A stretch of 64,000 nucleotides of DNA from Balanoglossus misakiensis. Taxonomy: Eukaryota; Animalia; Hemichordata. Below, one piece after another: positions 26,472 to 40,400 of this stretch (position 1 is its first letter; the number at the start of each line of letters is the position of its first letter). Below the pieces are notes generated by a model. It was not told the origin of the DNA. It did not search any database and saw only the letters and a program-made list of their open reading frames with translations. A program made the position numbers and the translations under genes. The stretch covers positions 12,309,654 to 12,373,653 of the forward strand of contig CM082577.2 of assembly GCA_040954595.2 (NCBI GenBank), read 5' to 3'.

Positions 26472-27149
26472 AGTCTTGTTCTCACTAAAAGTTTCGACAC
26501 CAGTGTTATGCCAGTGTTTACTCTCTGCAAACACAGGGGATTAGCCCACAGAATCTCCGTGCGTCCACACACTAAACTTTTGGCCACTGTTTTGAAATAA
26601 ACACCGTCTAAATGGCCATGTTTAGCAACACGGCAACTAACAAAATTGAGGACGTCGAGGACATTACAGCAACATGTTTCAGTTTCTATACCTGCATATG
26701 CGTTCTAGACGACTTTGTGACAGTTTTGATAATGTTTAGAAGTAAATGAATGTTAATCCATAAATGGAGAATGCCTCAGCTTTTCGGTGATCGAGAGAAC
26801 CTTCCGAAAGTTGGTAGCAGACAGAAGTGTTGCAGACCTGGCAAACTGCGAATGGTTTGAAAACCACTCGCGTCCAGTGTGATTGACTTAACAATGGAAA
26901 CTGACCAAAGACAATGGGCTATACCTAATAAACATACCCAAAAGTCACTGCAGGGTGGCGCTTTTGAACGGTGTTTGTTTATCTTTGCGTTCTCACTGAC
27001 TATTTGCGTCGGAGCGCTGGCCCTGACCCGCCACCCATCGCCGTCGCAAATTAACACCGGCTTAAAGCGTTCTCACTTGTTTTTTTCCGTCGGTGTCAAA
27101 TCTACACCGTTGTAGCACCGGTGTAAACGTGCCAGTGAGAACGCCACAT
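26472..27149 (+). mobile_element. ~680-bp MITE, copy 1 (inverted twin at 56223-56911)
   Basis: Imperfect TIR core gttctcact / agtgagaac; AT-rich short TSD; near-identical reverse complement at 56223-56911. Confidence 0.88.
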
Positions 27150-27318
27150 TAAATTATTCATCAAAAATTGAGCTTTCATTTTACCCCAGCCCTTCAGCAC
27201 AGGTATAACATTACCAAATGTACAGCCATACCTAATTGTACCAATATTCTTTTAACAGGTACATAGCAGCTGATGTTATTTGAGCGGTGGTATGTTATTC
27301 TGATGAATCTATATTGAA

Positions 27319-28482
27319 ATGGCATCTTTGCAAGCAGAAGACTGTCAAAAAAGACCTACAAAGTCAAATCTAGATCTGTTCAAGGTATATCTTCTTCAAC
27401 TGGCAAAGGAAATAAGCCAAGGTGGGTAGATCTGTGTGTACACAGTACAGTTGTTTTCAGAACTCAGACTGTACAGAAAGAAGGTTGACTGTGTGTTCTC
27501 TTCGGCCCCTGGAGGGACCAGGTCTACAACACAATTTGTCATTCCTACGTGTAACAACTAGGATATGCCTCCAAATTTTCAGAGCGAGACCCATTACTCA
27601 GAGAAATTGATGCTTAAATAAATTGCACCGAAAATTAAGTGCTACACAAGAGTGTAGATTTTATTCCACATAACAGTTTATACATTGTACCAATCATTTT
27701 TTGCTGACAACAACTATAATTTGTTCATGTCCAGAGACATAAAAATCTTGAACTGTAAAGTGTCAGTGTGAATTTATGCCATATGTGTTTTATAATATGA
27801 TCATGGCATCCATTATGGCTGACAGACTATGTTTGATGATGACACCCCCATTGTTAATGTACAATTTAACTTTTAAACCTGATTCAGAAACGTTTGAATT
27901 TAGCCAATAAGACATCAGTACAGTAGGTCATAGTGCAATGAGGAAAAAGACAGTTATTTAAATCTCTTTTTTTCTTTCTCAAAGATGGCCTGTGTAGCTT
28001 GGTAGAAGCAGTGGCTGCTTTAATGAACCCTCCAATACCTAAAAGTGTAAGGGAAGACATTTTGAAAAGCAATCGTCCATACAGTTTGTTCGAAGCATTA
28101 TGTGACCATGGACATTTATCAAGAGAAAAACCTGAAACTCTTATTCAGCTGTTGGAAATCGCCAAACTTTACATGTTAGCGAAGCATGTAGAAGTTCGAT
28201 ATGAGAAAAGCTTTGACAAAGACTGTCCATATGAGGAAGTGACAAGAGAAGTAGAGTCTAGGATGAAAGCTGATAGCCAGAAACAGATAAGTGACAGAAG
28301 TGGAGAGAGTTTGCCAACATTTCCAACTGAGAGGACCTCACCAGGAATACAGCTACCATCTCCCTCACAGCATCCAAGTCCCTCTGGAGAAGTGCAGTCA
28401 ATGACATCAACTCGTCCCAAGATTCCAGCACTGACAGCCACTCATTCCAAGACTCAAGTATCTACCATAGAATCTCATCATG
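27319..28482 (+). CDS. Gene B exons 1-2 (27319-27421, 27985-28482): death effector domain + S/P/T-rich linker
   Basis: FKVYLLQLAKEISQ/DGL..LFEALCDHGHLSREKPETLIQLLEIAKLYMLAKHV fits the DED six-helix pattern. Confidence 0.75.
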
Positions 28483-31400
28483 GTAAGCACTTGCAGCATT
28501 AACAAATATACATTCGTATTATACAAATACTGTAATCACCCTAAATGTTCAACCACAATAAAATAATTATGATTTTGAAAGAGATGAAATCATAGGAAAA
28601 AAAATGTTTATCTTAGATGGTCAAAGTGGCTGAAACATGGCATTTTGAGGTCATCTGACCCTTGAAAAAGTGCCATGCTCAATATATTCAAAAGGTCATG
28701 GTTAGATGCTGTTGTCATGACCATATATCCTACATTAAGGTTTTGATTGCTCTCGATTTTTTTTCCTTTGTCTTAGGCCAAAGTAAGTAAATTTTTTGTT
28801 TTGCGTCCACTCAAAATTCTAAAAGGTACGAGGGTAAGCGGTCAAAAAACACACACACACAAAATAACACAAAATTAGTTTGCCTTTATTTGATAGTTTT
28901 GTTCGTGCAATATGCATATTTATGTAGTAGTGTGACACACTTCTACAATATGATCAAAATACAATATCATTTGTAGCCTTTAATCTACATTTGCTTTCCT
29001 TTTAGTAGTTTTAGATTTCTTTGTGTGCTGAATGTGGCCACTGTCTCTACAAGTTCTGCTGACTGGTACTGTTCCCGCATATCCGGTGTAATAGAGATGA
29101 GATGATTTCCTGTTCCACACCATAGCAAATACTAGGATAATTCAATCTGGCACGGTAGTAAAGGGAGAAACTTCCATCTTCTAAGTTTGGTTGATCACGA
29201 TGAAACATTTCTGTGAATAAATGTTTTTGAAAATTCTGTAAACAAAATACAACACAAAAACATGCTCATGGGTATAGTGATAACATCTCACTACAAAGTA
29301 TGATTCATATACCACCCCATGGGATGAAAATTTTCAATATCAAAATATGATTGTACTGCAGTAAACACAAATGTTGTACATTCACTGAACTTCAGTCCCA
29401 CCACCTCCCTATTTTTTATTATAACACACCATGCAGCGAACCCTCGATCGTGATTCGTCAATACACCGTCCCGTGACCTTAGTCATTTCGAACTGTTCCC
29501 TAGGGCATCAGTTCGATCGGTTTCTGCCCGGTACTGTTGCCTGGATGTGGTGTGTGTCGTGTTTGGTGTGTTATAAAACACATGATGAGTGACATTCGGG
29601 CAACAGTGTATTTTTGATGACCTCGGGACTGCCAGTCACACCAAAACAGTCTGTTTTCCCTCGGGCTATGCCCTCAGGAAAACAAGACTGTTTTAGTTGT
29701 GACTAGCAGTGCCCTCGGTCATCAAAATACAGTTGCCCTCATTGTCAGTCATCATGTGTATACTGATCTACAACTACCACCATAGAATTTGCTTATGCCT
29801 ACACCCCCTAAATGCTCCCTTTCTCTAGCTAGTACCTTTTTGAACGGGCGATCAGGAAGAATAAGATGGCTTCCACAGGAATAATCACAATTATCCATGA
29901 AGATCTCAATCTGGCCCATTTCATCACTGGTCTGCTTTTTAGTGCGGTATGGTATGTCACGAAAAACAGCTTCCGTAGGATTTTTATGATAAAATTGATT
30001 TTTTTGCTGTTTTGGCTTCTATGGGGACCCAACTACCCGAAAATGATGGGGTGCAATTTTAAGGGCCCCTCCATCATATTTTTCTGGGGGGGGGGGTACT
30101 TCCGTTTTGTGGTATACAATGTAATGTGTATTCCCGTAGGATTTTTGTGCTAAAATAGATTTTTTTGCTGTTTTGGCTTCAATGGGGACCCAACTACCCG
30201 AAAATGATGGGGTGCAATTTTTAGGGCCCCTCCATCATATTTTTTCGGAGGGGGGGGGGGTCACTCCCGTTTTGGCCTCCCCGAAGATATTTATTCACCT
30301 ATCTACTCCATTTTCGTAGAATTTTCTGCTAAAGAATTTTTTTTTGCTGTTTTGACTTAAATGGGGACCCACCTGGTCACAAAAGATCACATGCAAATTT
30401 TAGGGCCCCTCTATTACATTTGTGAGGGGCACTTCCATTTCGACAATCTTAACGGTATTTGTTCACCTATTTCGTGTATTCTTGTAGGAGTTTTTGCTAA
30501 TAGTTATTTGTTTTGTTTGCTGTTTTGGTTTCAATATAGAAATAATGGACGACGCCCTGACCATTAACGTTTGTTTATGGGCAAGGGCGAGGGGAAAGCC
30601 AAAAATTCATGGGCGAGGTTTCCGAGCCCATGAATTTTGGTTTTCCGCGAGCCCGCGCCCAAAAAAACGTTAATGGTCAGGACGGAGTCGGTTATTTCCA
30701 TTATATTACCAACAAAGTCAAGAAAACCGTTAAAATTTACGAAAATGTTCTACTAGGGGCCCCGGAACTTGTGTTACGCAAAATGTTGTATTCACCAAAC
30801 TGTTTGCTAATATTACTATTCAGATTTATGGGCATGTAAACAAACCATTACTGAGTATTTGTGGTCAGTGACGTCGTTCATCTCGACCAATTAAAATGCG
30901 ACGCACAGGTCATGGTAATATAATGATGAATAAACATCCCCAAAACGATGGAAATCAATTTGTTGGACCCCTCCATCACATTTTCTTGCCAGGGGGGTGG
31001 AGGGGGGTTGGGGGGGTCACTTTAGTTTTAGCAGCCCTGGAGATATTTGTTCATTGATCTAACCTTCATAGTGTGACATGTGTATTTGTAAAGGATTTCT
31101 TCCAATTTCTTTTTTTTTAACTTCTGTGGGGACCTAACTGCTCAAAAATGAGGGAGGTCAAATTTTAGGGCCTCTCCACAATTTGGGAATCTCAAATATT
31201 AGATGGTTTATGGGGTAAACATATCAGTTACCTACATTTGTATCAGTTGTCGCATATACTACAGCGCTATGTTAGTTTTATAAATATACTTAGTTGAATT
31301 ATGACACTAACAAATAAACCACAAATATCTCTTTGGTTTGGCATAATATACCTCCCCTCACCTTGGACCGCCACCCAACTCATCACCACACTCATGTTTT

Positions 31401-34400
31401 CTATGGTTTACAAAAGTATAGTATACTAGGCTATACCAAAAAGTATAATGTATTAGGGTTACTCTTTTTTCTCTTTCCCGGGGCAATTAGTGAAAGTCTG
31501 TGTAGATGTGAACTTTTTCGTTAAGAGTTGTTTATTCTTTCGTAGCACAATCAATGTCTGAGATATTTACCATTGTACTAAAATTCTCACCGATATCAGT
31601 CTGTGCAAAAACTCTGAAGTACGTTTTAGTTCAACACTTGTTTTTTGGGGTATTAAAACGATATTCAGTTGAACTCATTTCGTAAATAAAGCCTGTGAAG
31701 TACATATCAGTTCAAGTATTGTCTATTTTAAAGTAGTATTTTCAAAATTTTCACGCCAATAGCGTAATAGTGCTGTAAAAAGCCCTTGAACTATGTCTTA
31801 CTTCTAAAACTTGTTTTTGGTAAACATTAACAATATCATATTTGGCTCATTTTGAAGCTCAATAGTACTGAAAATAAAACAAGTCTGTGAACTGCATCTC
31901 AGTTTTATTACTAAATACATATTGGCTATTTTCTTAGCACCGTAAGCCGCGTTTTACGTTGCAGATCGATAGCTATTTGGACATTTTGCAATAAACTACA
32001 GAATTAATATGTCAGATAAAAACAAGATTTGCGTGATCTGTGGAAAGGGTGCCACCCCTTCATCACAATGAAGGATAAATCATACGCAACAAATTGTCCT
32101 TAGATCAAACAGAACTGGCTTTTGTGAAAATGATGATTGAGAATACCAAGATATCAGATCAGAATCGTTATGCTTCTTGGGTTGTTTATTGCACCTTCCG
32201 TGGTAGGGAGGGTGCCTCAAGGGTCTATTTTATGAGATGGGACTGTAGCTCGGAAAATAAACTAAAATACACATTATGTACTTTATTATGTATATAAAGG
32301 AGTTTTAATTTACCTTAGTATACTAAATTTAGAATAAACGAAAAAATCTAAGATTAAAAAATAACTGTTACAACGGGTTGGCCAAAACAAATATAGAGAA
32401 CCCCCCCCCCCCCCCCCCCCCCCCCCCACCAAAATATGTGGTAAAGGGGTCCAACATTTTGCACACCATCACTTTTCGGCAGTCAGTCTGCATTCAAGCC
32501 AAAGGAGCAAACCAAATTGCAAGAAATACCACGACAATACTAACAGTACAGTAAATAGGTGAACAAGTATCTTCAGGGTGGCCAAAACAGAAATGATTAC
32601 CCCCCCCCCCCCCAAGACATGATGGAAGGTTCCAAAAATTTGAACCCCATCATTTTAGTTCTGGTGGAGCCCCATTGAAACCAAAACATCAAAGAAAAAT
32701 AATATTTTTAGCAAAATATTCTATGAGAAGAGAGTAAATAGGCCAACAAACAACCAAACAACTTCGGAGTGGCCAAAATGGAGTGCCCCCCAAATAAAAA
32801 GTGGCGGAGGGGCCCTATAATTTGCACCCGATTTTTTTTGGCCAGGTGGGTCCCCTCCAAAGCAAAAACAACAAAAACAAATTAAGTGTAGCCCAAATTC
32901 CCATGATAATAGAGTAAATAGGTGAACAAATATCCTTGAGTGACCAAAACAGAAGAGACCACCCGAAAAAAATTGATGGAGGGGCCCTAAAAATTGCACC
33001 CCATGATTTTTGGGTAGTTGGGTCCCCATTGATGCCAAAACAGCAAAAAAATCAACTTTGCGCGGCTACTAGAGGCCATGTTGATTTCAAGTACACAATA
33101 CACCTGGCCAGACAGCGTTTTAGTCGCCCGATCGATACGATGACCACATCGCTTTCCAGTCGTTTCGGCACCACAGATTTTTGACCCCAGTCGCTTCGGC
33201 CCCCAATTTTCACGACCCCGGTCTGTTTCGGTACTTATCGGTAATCAGTCAGATCGCACGGTGCTCATTTGCATATGAAAGTTCGTCAAGCCAGCGACCG
33301 TTAACTTTCAAACAGACTGATTTTCAACTTGATTTTTACACTCCGTGATACAATAAAATACCATGCTAGCTCGATAAATTACAAAAGTGATTCCCATTTT
33401 ACACTGCAGACGTAAATTTTATGAGAATCTGTCGGTAGTAGTAGTTTTTAACGTGTTTTCGGTGGTATGTTGGTGACCTCGGAAGAGACGTCCACAAACG
33501 TGCCAAAAATCATTTGAAGACGACCTCGGAAGTTAACCAAGTTTTCGTGACAGATAGGTCTAATATCGGTCCCAACATCCGTGAAAAGAAATTAATTCGA
33601 AATGCCTGTGTAACGGTCAGCTTAAAAATAATCGATGTACTTCGACGATATGACCCGGAAGTATAGGCCCTACGTTGACCTCTGAATGTCAGGATTGTAA
33701 ATACGGAAGTGTTGCGTTGATCGTGAAACGGCACGTTTATCGTGGGGAAAACGGTTTCTAAAAGACACTTGTCAAGTAAAAGTTACTGGATAGTGTATAA
33801 CACTCTAAGGTACCATATTAGCCAAGTTTTAACTCAATTACTGGCCTGATTTCAACACAACATCGATCAATCGCACGAGTGCCGCGCCCGGGTGTTCCAC
33901 CGCGGCCGTATACCTATGTAGTGTTTACACTGACACTAATACTGTTGCTAAGTGTAAGGATACACCTACCTAGCTCTAAGTAGCTATGAAGTCACTTGGA
34001 CTGGTACTAGTGGTAGTTAGGCGGATCGGCCGGATGAGCACGTATACGCACGTCTGGTCGGTTTGGGGGTTCGGATAGCAAGTGAAGCAGCCGACGGAAG
34101 AGCGAGGGATCCCGGATGTAACGTCATCCTCGTAACACTTCGGAATGCTTCGGGAGTTGAGGGATATGATCGGCGCTATGACGCAATAACCTCGTTCCAC
34201 AACACTCTCCTCCGTTCTGTTTTTGGCTTGTTTCCAGGGCACCAATAAATAATATGTAATCGGGCGGCAAATGTCGTATACTGTCCTCCAGTCTTTCCCG
34301 TAGCGACGGGATGTAACGAAATATAATAGTTCACTGTGAAATAAGCGAGGAAAGTCTGTCTCCGGGTAGACGGAATTAGACATTCCTTAAAAATAAACTG

Positions 34401-37400
34401 TTTAAAGTAAACTGCACCGTGAGGAAAGTCTGTCTCCGGGTAGACGGAATTAGACATTCCTCGAAAATAAATTGCTTAAAGTAAACTGCACCGTGAGGAA
34501 CGTCTGTCTCCGAGTAGACGGAATTAGACATTACTCGAAAATAAATTGTTTAAAGTAAACTGTTCAGTAACTGAAATGTTTCCACCGTATCTACGGTTAG
34601 GACAGAGCAGGGCTTTACACCTGGTACACATTCTTGGTGTTGGCCACGGTAGTCTCCAGAAGTTCGCGGGTGGACACTCCCCTCACTCCTGCTACTGCGG
34701 ATGCCACGTCTCCGATGTATCGTGGAGTGTTGACGTCCACTTCTTGGGTCAGCGGGAAGTACGGAGAGTCAGTTTCAATAAGTATTTTGTTCTCATCCGC
34801 AGAAACTGGGGTTGTGGTAGATTGATGGCTCTCTGGTGGTCTGCTAGTGCCTTCCCCGTCGGGTCGTTCTGGATTTCCGTTATCTGCTGATTCTCCCCCA
34901 GGCTTCACCGCTGTCGACGGTTCATCCCGGAACGAATCAAACAGCTCACGGAACTGTTTCCGTTGCTCCGGTGATATTTTGCTGATCATAATGGAGATAA
35001 TCCTCCAATGGATGATTACCGCTGGAGAGTTCGGTGGCTTCAGCAAAAACTTCTCTGGAATCTCCCAACTATTCGAAAGGCACAGGTGTCTCATCAGCCT
35101 TTGATACTCGTCGGACAGCTCAGAGGTGGCTGGTATCCTCTCCACTTCGCTATGGTCGTCCACGAAGGACCTCCATAGCATCTCCTTTGTCGCTCCAGCG
35201 CCAAGAATCCACTTAGCTAGCTGGTCTAGAGCCATGCCCATTTTCTCTGTGTCCGGTTCTTCATTGCGGTACTTCATCTCCCATAATGCGGGCGAGATGT
35301 GAGTGTACAGGACGTGGTGTTTTAGCTTTGACGTTGTCAGGTAGCAGTCCTGTACGGGGCACTTGCATAGCTTTTGGCGATTCTTCTTTCGGTCCGGGTT
35401 CTTACCAGAGTTGGCTGCTCTGCTGCCAGGGTCGGTTGGAATAGACGGGATTGATGGTTGTCCCCCTTTCACCGTTGATTGGTTTGTTCGGGACACCTTT
35501 CTGGAGATTTCGTACTCCCCTCCGGATACCACGGAGAAGGTAGAAATAACTTTAAAGTTTTCCCGTTTCTTCCCCTTCTTCTCCGCCGTCGACTGAAACC
35601 GACGTTTCCCCCTGGTTGGGGCGGGAGGTGGGACTGACCGCTGGCTGGCCTGGTCGGTGGATGAAGCTGAGGTTGTCGCTGTAGCTGGTGGGCGTTCATT
35701 CGTCTCCTCGTGTCCACGAGATTGTTCCGAGTGAACGCCATTCCCATTAGACTCAACTGTCGGTGCCTGGTCAGGACGGTCACTGTCTACCGGGATCTCG
35801 GCCTGGTCCGCTGGAGTGGATGCGGATATTAAAACGTCCTCTCCAGTTGCCGCATTTTGTCTAGTTGTCACTAGGTCTGTCCGGTAGCTCAGTCTGCAGT
35901 CCCTGACCATCCCTCGTTCGTTGAACTCATGGTGGTAGACTGGCTTCACCTTTGGTTGGTTCATCCTGGGGTTTTTGTGAGGGATGTTCTCCTGCATCCA
36001 GGCCAATGAGCAGCAAAACTCACACTTGTGAGCTTCCGTTACCCACCCCCAGTCTCCTCTTTGAACGGCGATCTTGTACTGCCTGGTGACCAGATCTTGA
36101 ATTATACCTGACTCCAGGCCCATGCAGAAACCAAGCTCTGACATTAATTCCCGGGCCGGAATCAGGTATCTTCTGGCGATCTTTTCTTCAATGCTGTTCA
36201 CCACACGTCGCCACCGTTCCGGATCACGCAGACTAGAGGTTTTCTTCTGGCGTTCTTCAGCCATTTAAATTAAATGTAAATAAAAAACTTTATAATAACG
36301 TAAAAATAATAATTATTCTCTTCAGATCCCGTATACCTCGGGATAATTCCTGCCCGATCAGTTGGCCACGGGTTGGTAGGATGTACAAATGCAATACAAT
36401 TTGTCAGATGTTTGTCCATCAGATGAGTTAGTCCTGTTTTTGTTTTTCTCTAGATTGGACTTGTACTTTACTATCCATGATGGTAGTTTCTCTTGTTTGC
36501 ACAAGGTTAGTCTATCATGGTTCACAGTAATAATCATCCTGGGTAATTTAACTCTGAATATGAATGGTGTTCTTTGTTCTATTATTACACCTGGACCCTT
36601 CCATGGTTTTGAAAGTTTCCTACATTTTCCAGGTTTTGTAGCGGTATCCAATATATATACACAGTCTCCCACGTGATATGTATGAATATTCGCTTTAATA
36701 TCGTAGTCACGTTTCATTCGTTTCTGGCTCGTTTTTAGAGTTTCGCGAGCGACTTCGTGAGCAAATTTAATGGCATTTTCTAATTCTACTACGTAAGTGT
36801 CCTCTGATTGACATCTGTTGTTAGATAAATTGCCAAACATTAGATCTGCGGGATGATTTACTTCCCGTCCGAGCATCAACCTATTGGGTGTGAACCCAGT
36901 TTGACGATTTACGGATGATCTCAATGCGCCTGCTATTTGGTGCAGATATTTGTCCCATTTATTTTGCGAATTGCCAATAAAACACCTAACGGCATCCATT
37001 AGGGTTCGATTGTAACGTTCTACTTGGCCATTAGCAGAGGGTCGGTACGGTGTAGTCCTGGCTTTGTGTATTTTGAGTACCTCACAAATGGCAGTAAACA
37101 ATTTACTCTCAAAGTTCCTACCCTGATCAGTAAATATCTGAAACGGGTAGCCAAAACGAGAAAAGAATTCGTTCACTGCCGCTTGCGCAGTGACTTCTGC
37201 AGTTTGTGATGGAAGCGGTACACATTCTACCCACTTTGTAAACTGATCTACCATGACTAAGATGTGTTCGTTTCCCTTGTCTGTCTTTGGCAGAGGCCCC
37301 AAGAAATCTAGGTGCACTCGTTCCATGGGACTGCTTGCATGGTAGTTAGTTAATGTACACTTTGCGTGTCGGGTGGGTTTCTTATTTTGACTACAAATAT

Positions 37401-40400
37401 CACAAGAGGTAACGAATCGACGTACATCCTGTGACACTCCGTACCAATAATACTTATTCATCACCCGTATTCTAGTGCGCGTTATACCCTGATGACCTGA
37501 CGATGGCAAATTATGATTCATTTCAAGTATTTCAGCTTGTAATGATCTAGGGATTACCAACAGCTTTCTTTGGTCATCCTCTCCCACTCTCCAAAGGACA
37601 CCATTTTCCAAGAGGTATAGTTCCCTGTTAATCCAGTAATTTTTTGCTGCTGGACTAGCCAAAAACAGTTTCCCTTCGGAAGGTGTTTCCTTTGAGCGTA
37701 ACCAAGATAACAAAATATCAAGATCTCGGTCGTCTGATTGAGCCTCCATAAGGTTATTGCTACCATAACTAGAGACTTCCGCTCTTATGGAATCGGCTCG
37801 AGTCATAACATATACTTTGGGATACATGTGGGAGTTTTGTTCAAGGCATGGCTTTGATACAATCTCTAAATTTGTATGGTGAGTTTCACTTTCTTGTTCT
37901 CTCTCATGAGTTTCCGCTGGTATATGTTCCCTTACCACAGGATCCCACAACCAGTCTAGACCATAACTGTAATCAATGTCTCCACCTGGATCCCCATTAC
38001 CAGGTGATGTAGGATGAACACATTGTATTTCTTTTTGAATGCCAGTGCCTTGCGCCAATGGTACAACGTCATCGACCTCATCGATAAATCTTGCCCAATT
38101 TCGGTGGACGCGCTTACAGTATTTGCAACCTCCACAGGGCAGGTCGCCTGGTTCTATATTGTGTTTGTACTCCTGACACCCGATATCAACGGGTATCCTT
38201 GATAACGCATCGGCGTTACAATGTTTTTTCCCTGGGCGATGTTCTACGGTCATATTGTATTGACTCAATTCTTCCAGCCACCTAGCAAGTTGTCCCTGTG
38301 GGTCTTTGAAACGTAGTAACCATAGTAAACTGCTATGGTCCGTCCTCACTGTGAAGTGATTACCCAACAGGTAATGTCTAAATTGGCGTGTGAAACGTAC
38401 TATAGCCAGCAGTTCTTTACGCGTAGTGCAATAACGCCTTTGTTCATTTGTTAAAGCAAAACTGCCATAGGAGATTACTTTCTCCTCACTCTTTTGGACT
38501 TGGATGAGTTCTGCACCAATTGCGACATCGGAGGCGTCTGTGTCTAAAATAAAAGGGTCTTCAGTATTGGGAAGTGCGAGTACCGGAGCTGACACCAGCG
38601 AACTTTTAATATTCTCAAATGATTCTTGCTGTTCTTTGCCCCATACAAATGCCTTCTTCCCAGTCACTTGATATAATGGTGTTGCTATATCCGCAAACCC
38701 TTTGATAAATGAACGATGGTAATTTGCCAAACCTAAGAATTTCTCCACGTCTTTAGTACTTCGTGGAATTGGCCATTTTTCTACAGCTTCAACAGACGAA
38801 TCTTCTAATTGTATTCCCCCTTGTTGAACAATTCTACCCAAGAACCCTACTTTACGCTGAAAGAGTTCGCATTTGCGTAGTTTTAGCCTCAGCTGATATT
38901 CTCGGAATCGTTGGAAGACGTTCCGTAAGTTCTTTAAGTGATCCTGGTATGAAGATCCAAGAACAAGAATATCATCTAAGAAAGCTAGCACCACGTCCCA
39001 GGTAAGACCTCTCATAACTAAGTTCATTACCCTGGCGAAGGTAGCTGGTGCATTACACAAACCAAAAGGCATACGTGTGAACTCAAACAAACCATACTTT
39101 GTAGTAAAGGCTGTTTTATGCTGGTCGGCTGGATCAATTCCTATCTGCCAATATGCTGAATTAGCATCTAATTTCGAGAACCACTCGTTCCCAGCGAGTG
39201 TGTCCATACATTCTTCTACCAAAGGGAGAGGAAATACATCTTTAACTGTGATATTATTCAAAGCACGATAATCCACACACCATCATACTGATCCATCCCT
39301 TTTTCTGACTAAAACAGGAGCTGATGCCCAGTCCGATATCGACGGTTTAATAACACCAGCCTCTTGCATTTTCTTTAAATGTGTTTCCTCCTCTTGAGCA
39401 AAACGTATCGGCGTTCGTCTCAAACGTTGCTTAATGGGCTTTTCATTTCCTGTACTAATCTTATGTTTAATAGCAGTGAAATTGCCTAAGTCGTAATCGT
39501 TTTCAGCAAACACATCTTGGTATTCATATAATAACTTCTGCAGTTCCTCCGCTTCATGATCATTTAGATGTGTGCTGGAGCGCAAAAATAGGCTTTGTAA
39601 ATATTGGGGCAATACATTCATTTCTCCCGTTTTTACATTGGTTGTCACTTGCCCCACATGTGTGATGTCATCAGGAACTTCAGGAGACACCAAAGTGGTC
39701 GAAACTGCCCTGGCTATTATCTTCCCAGAACAGATTGTAACTTTACCAGGTGATGGGTTTACCAGACAAACTACTGGATGTTCCGCACCCTCCTGATAAA
39801 TCCTTGGGATTACTACCCTTTGATCATGTTCCGGTTCAATGATATACTCTGGTAATCTTTTATCCATGTTACAAGAAATTCTGACCACATGGAAAGGTGG
39901 AATTTCGATCGACTCAGGGACAGTTACTTTGGCTACCAAAGGTTGCTTTGAATTCCCCTTGTATGACATTTTCACTACGTTTTTGCCTATCCTAAGCTGC
40001 TCTTTGTCAAAAAGAACTTGGGCTCCACTTGGTTTTAGGATATCTAAACCAAGCAACATATCGTTCCCAATGGGCGCAACGTATAGGTTTTCTTGGAAAC
40101 ACTGGCTGCCCAATTTTATTTCTATTGGACCAGCAACAAACGCTTGCATTTGCAATTCTCTTCCTGCGGTCTGCATGGATACTTTCTTTATGATGCGTGG
40201 TTTAATATTGAAGCTGTTGTATAATCTATCCGATATTATAGTCACTTCAGCCGCTGTGTCGACTATAGCGTGAGTTAGACACCCATTCAACTGTATTGGT
40301 ACAGTATACATCGAACCAGAGCTGATGTGACATATCACGATTTTCTCCTGGTTCGCCTTTGTGCTTTCTGTTTCTGATGTGTTTTTCCCTCCCATTTTTC

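Noticed and set aside
26776-27115. ORFs conserved with 56254-56607
   Set aside because: Similarity reflects two recent MITE copies; no protein motif.
32400-32430. Long poly-C run as a functional G-quadruplex
   Set aside because: Homopolymer expansion inside TE subrepeats; length unreliable.
33976-34457. ORFs overlapping the LTR and 74-bp repeats (also 44344-44776)
   Set aside because: Chance ORFs duplicated because the LTRs are duplicated.
34347-34562. Repeat-spacer array near RT and a nuclease ORF
   Set aside because: Whole 74-bp units are repeated; ordinary tandem repeat in an LTR-element UTR.
34615-36264. env gene in the ORF3 position
   Set aside because: No signal peptide, transmembrane segment or fusion-protein features; has zinc-finger and TatD-like motifs instead.
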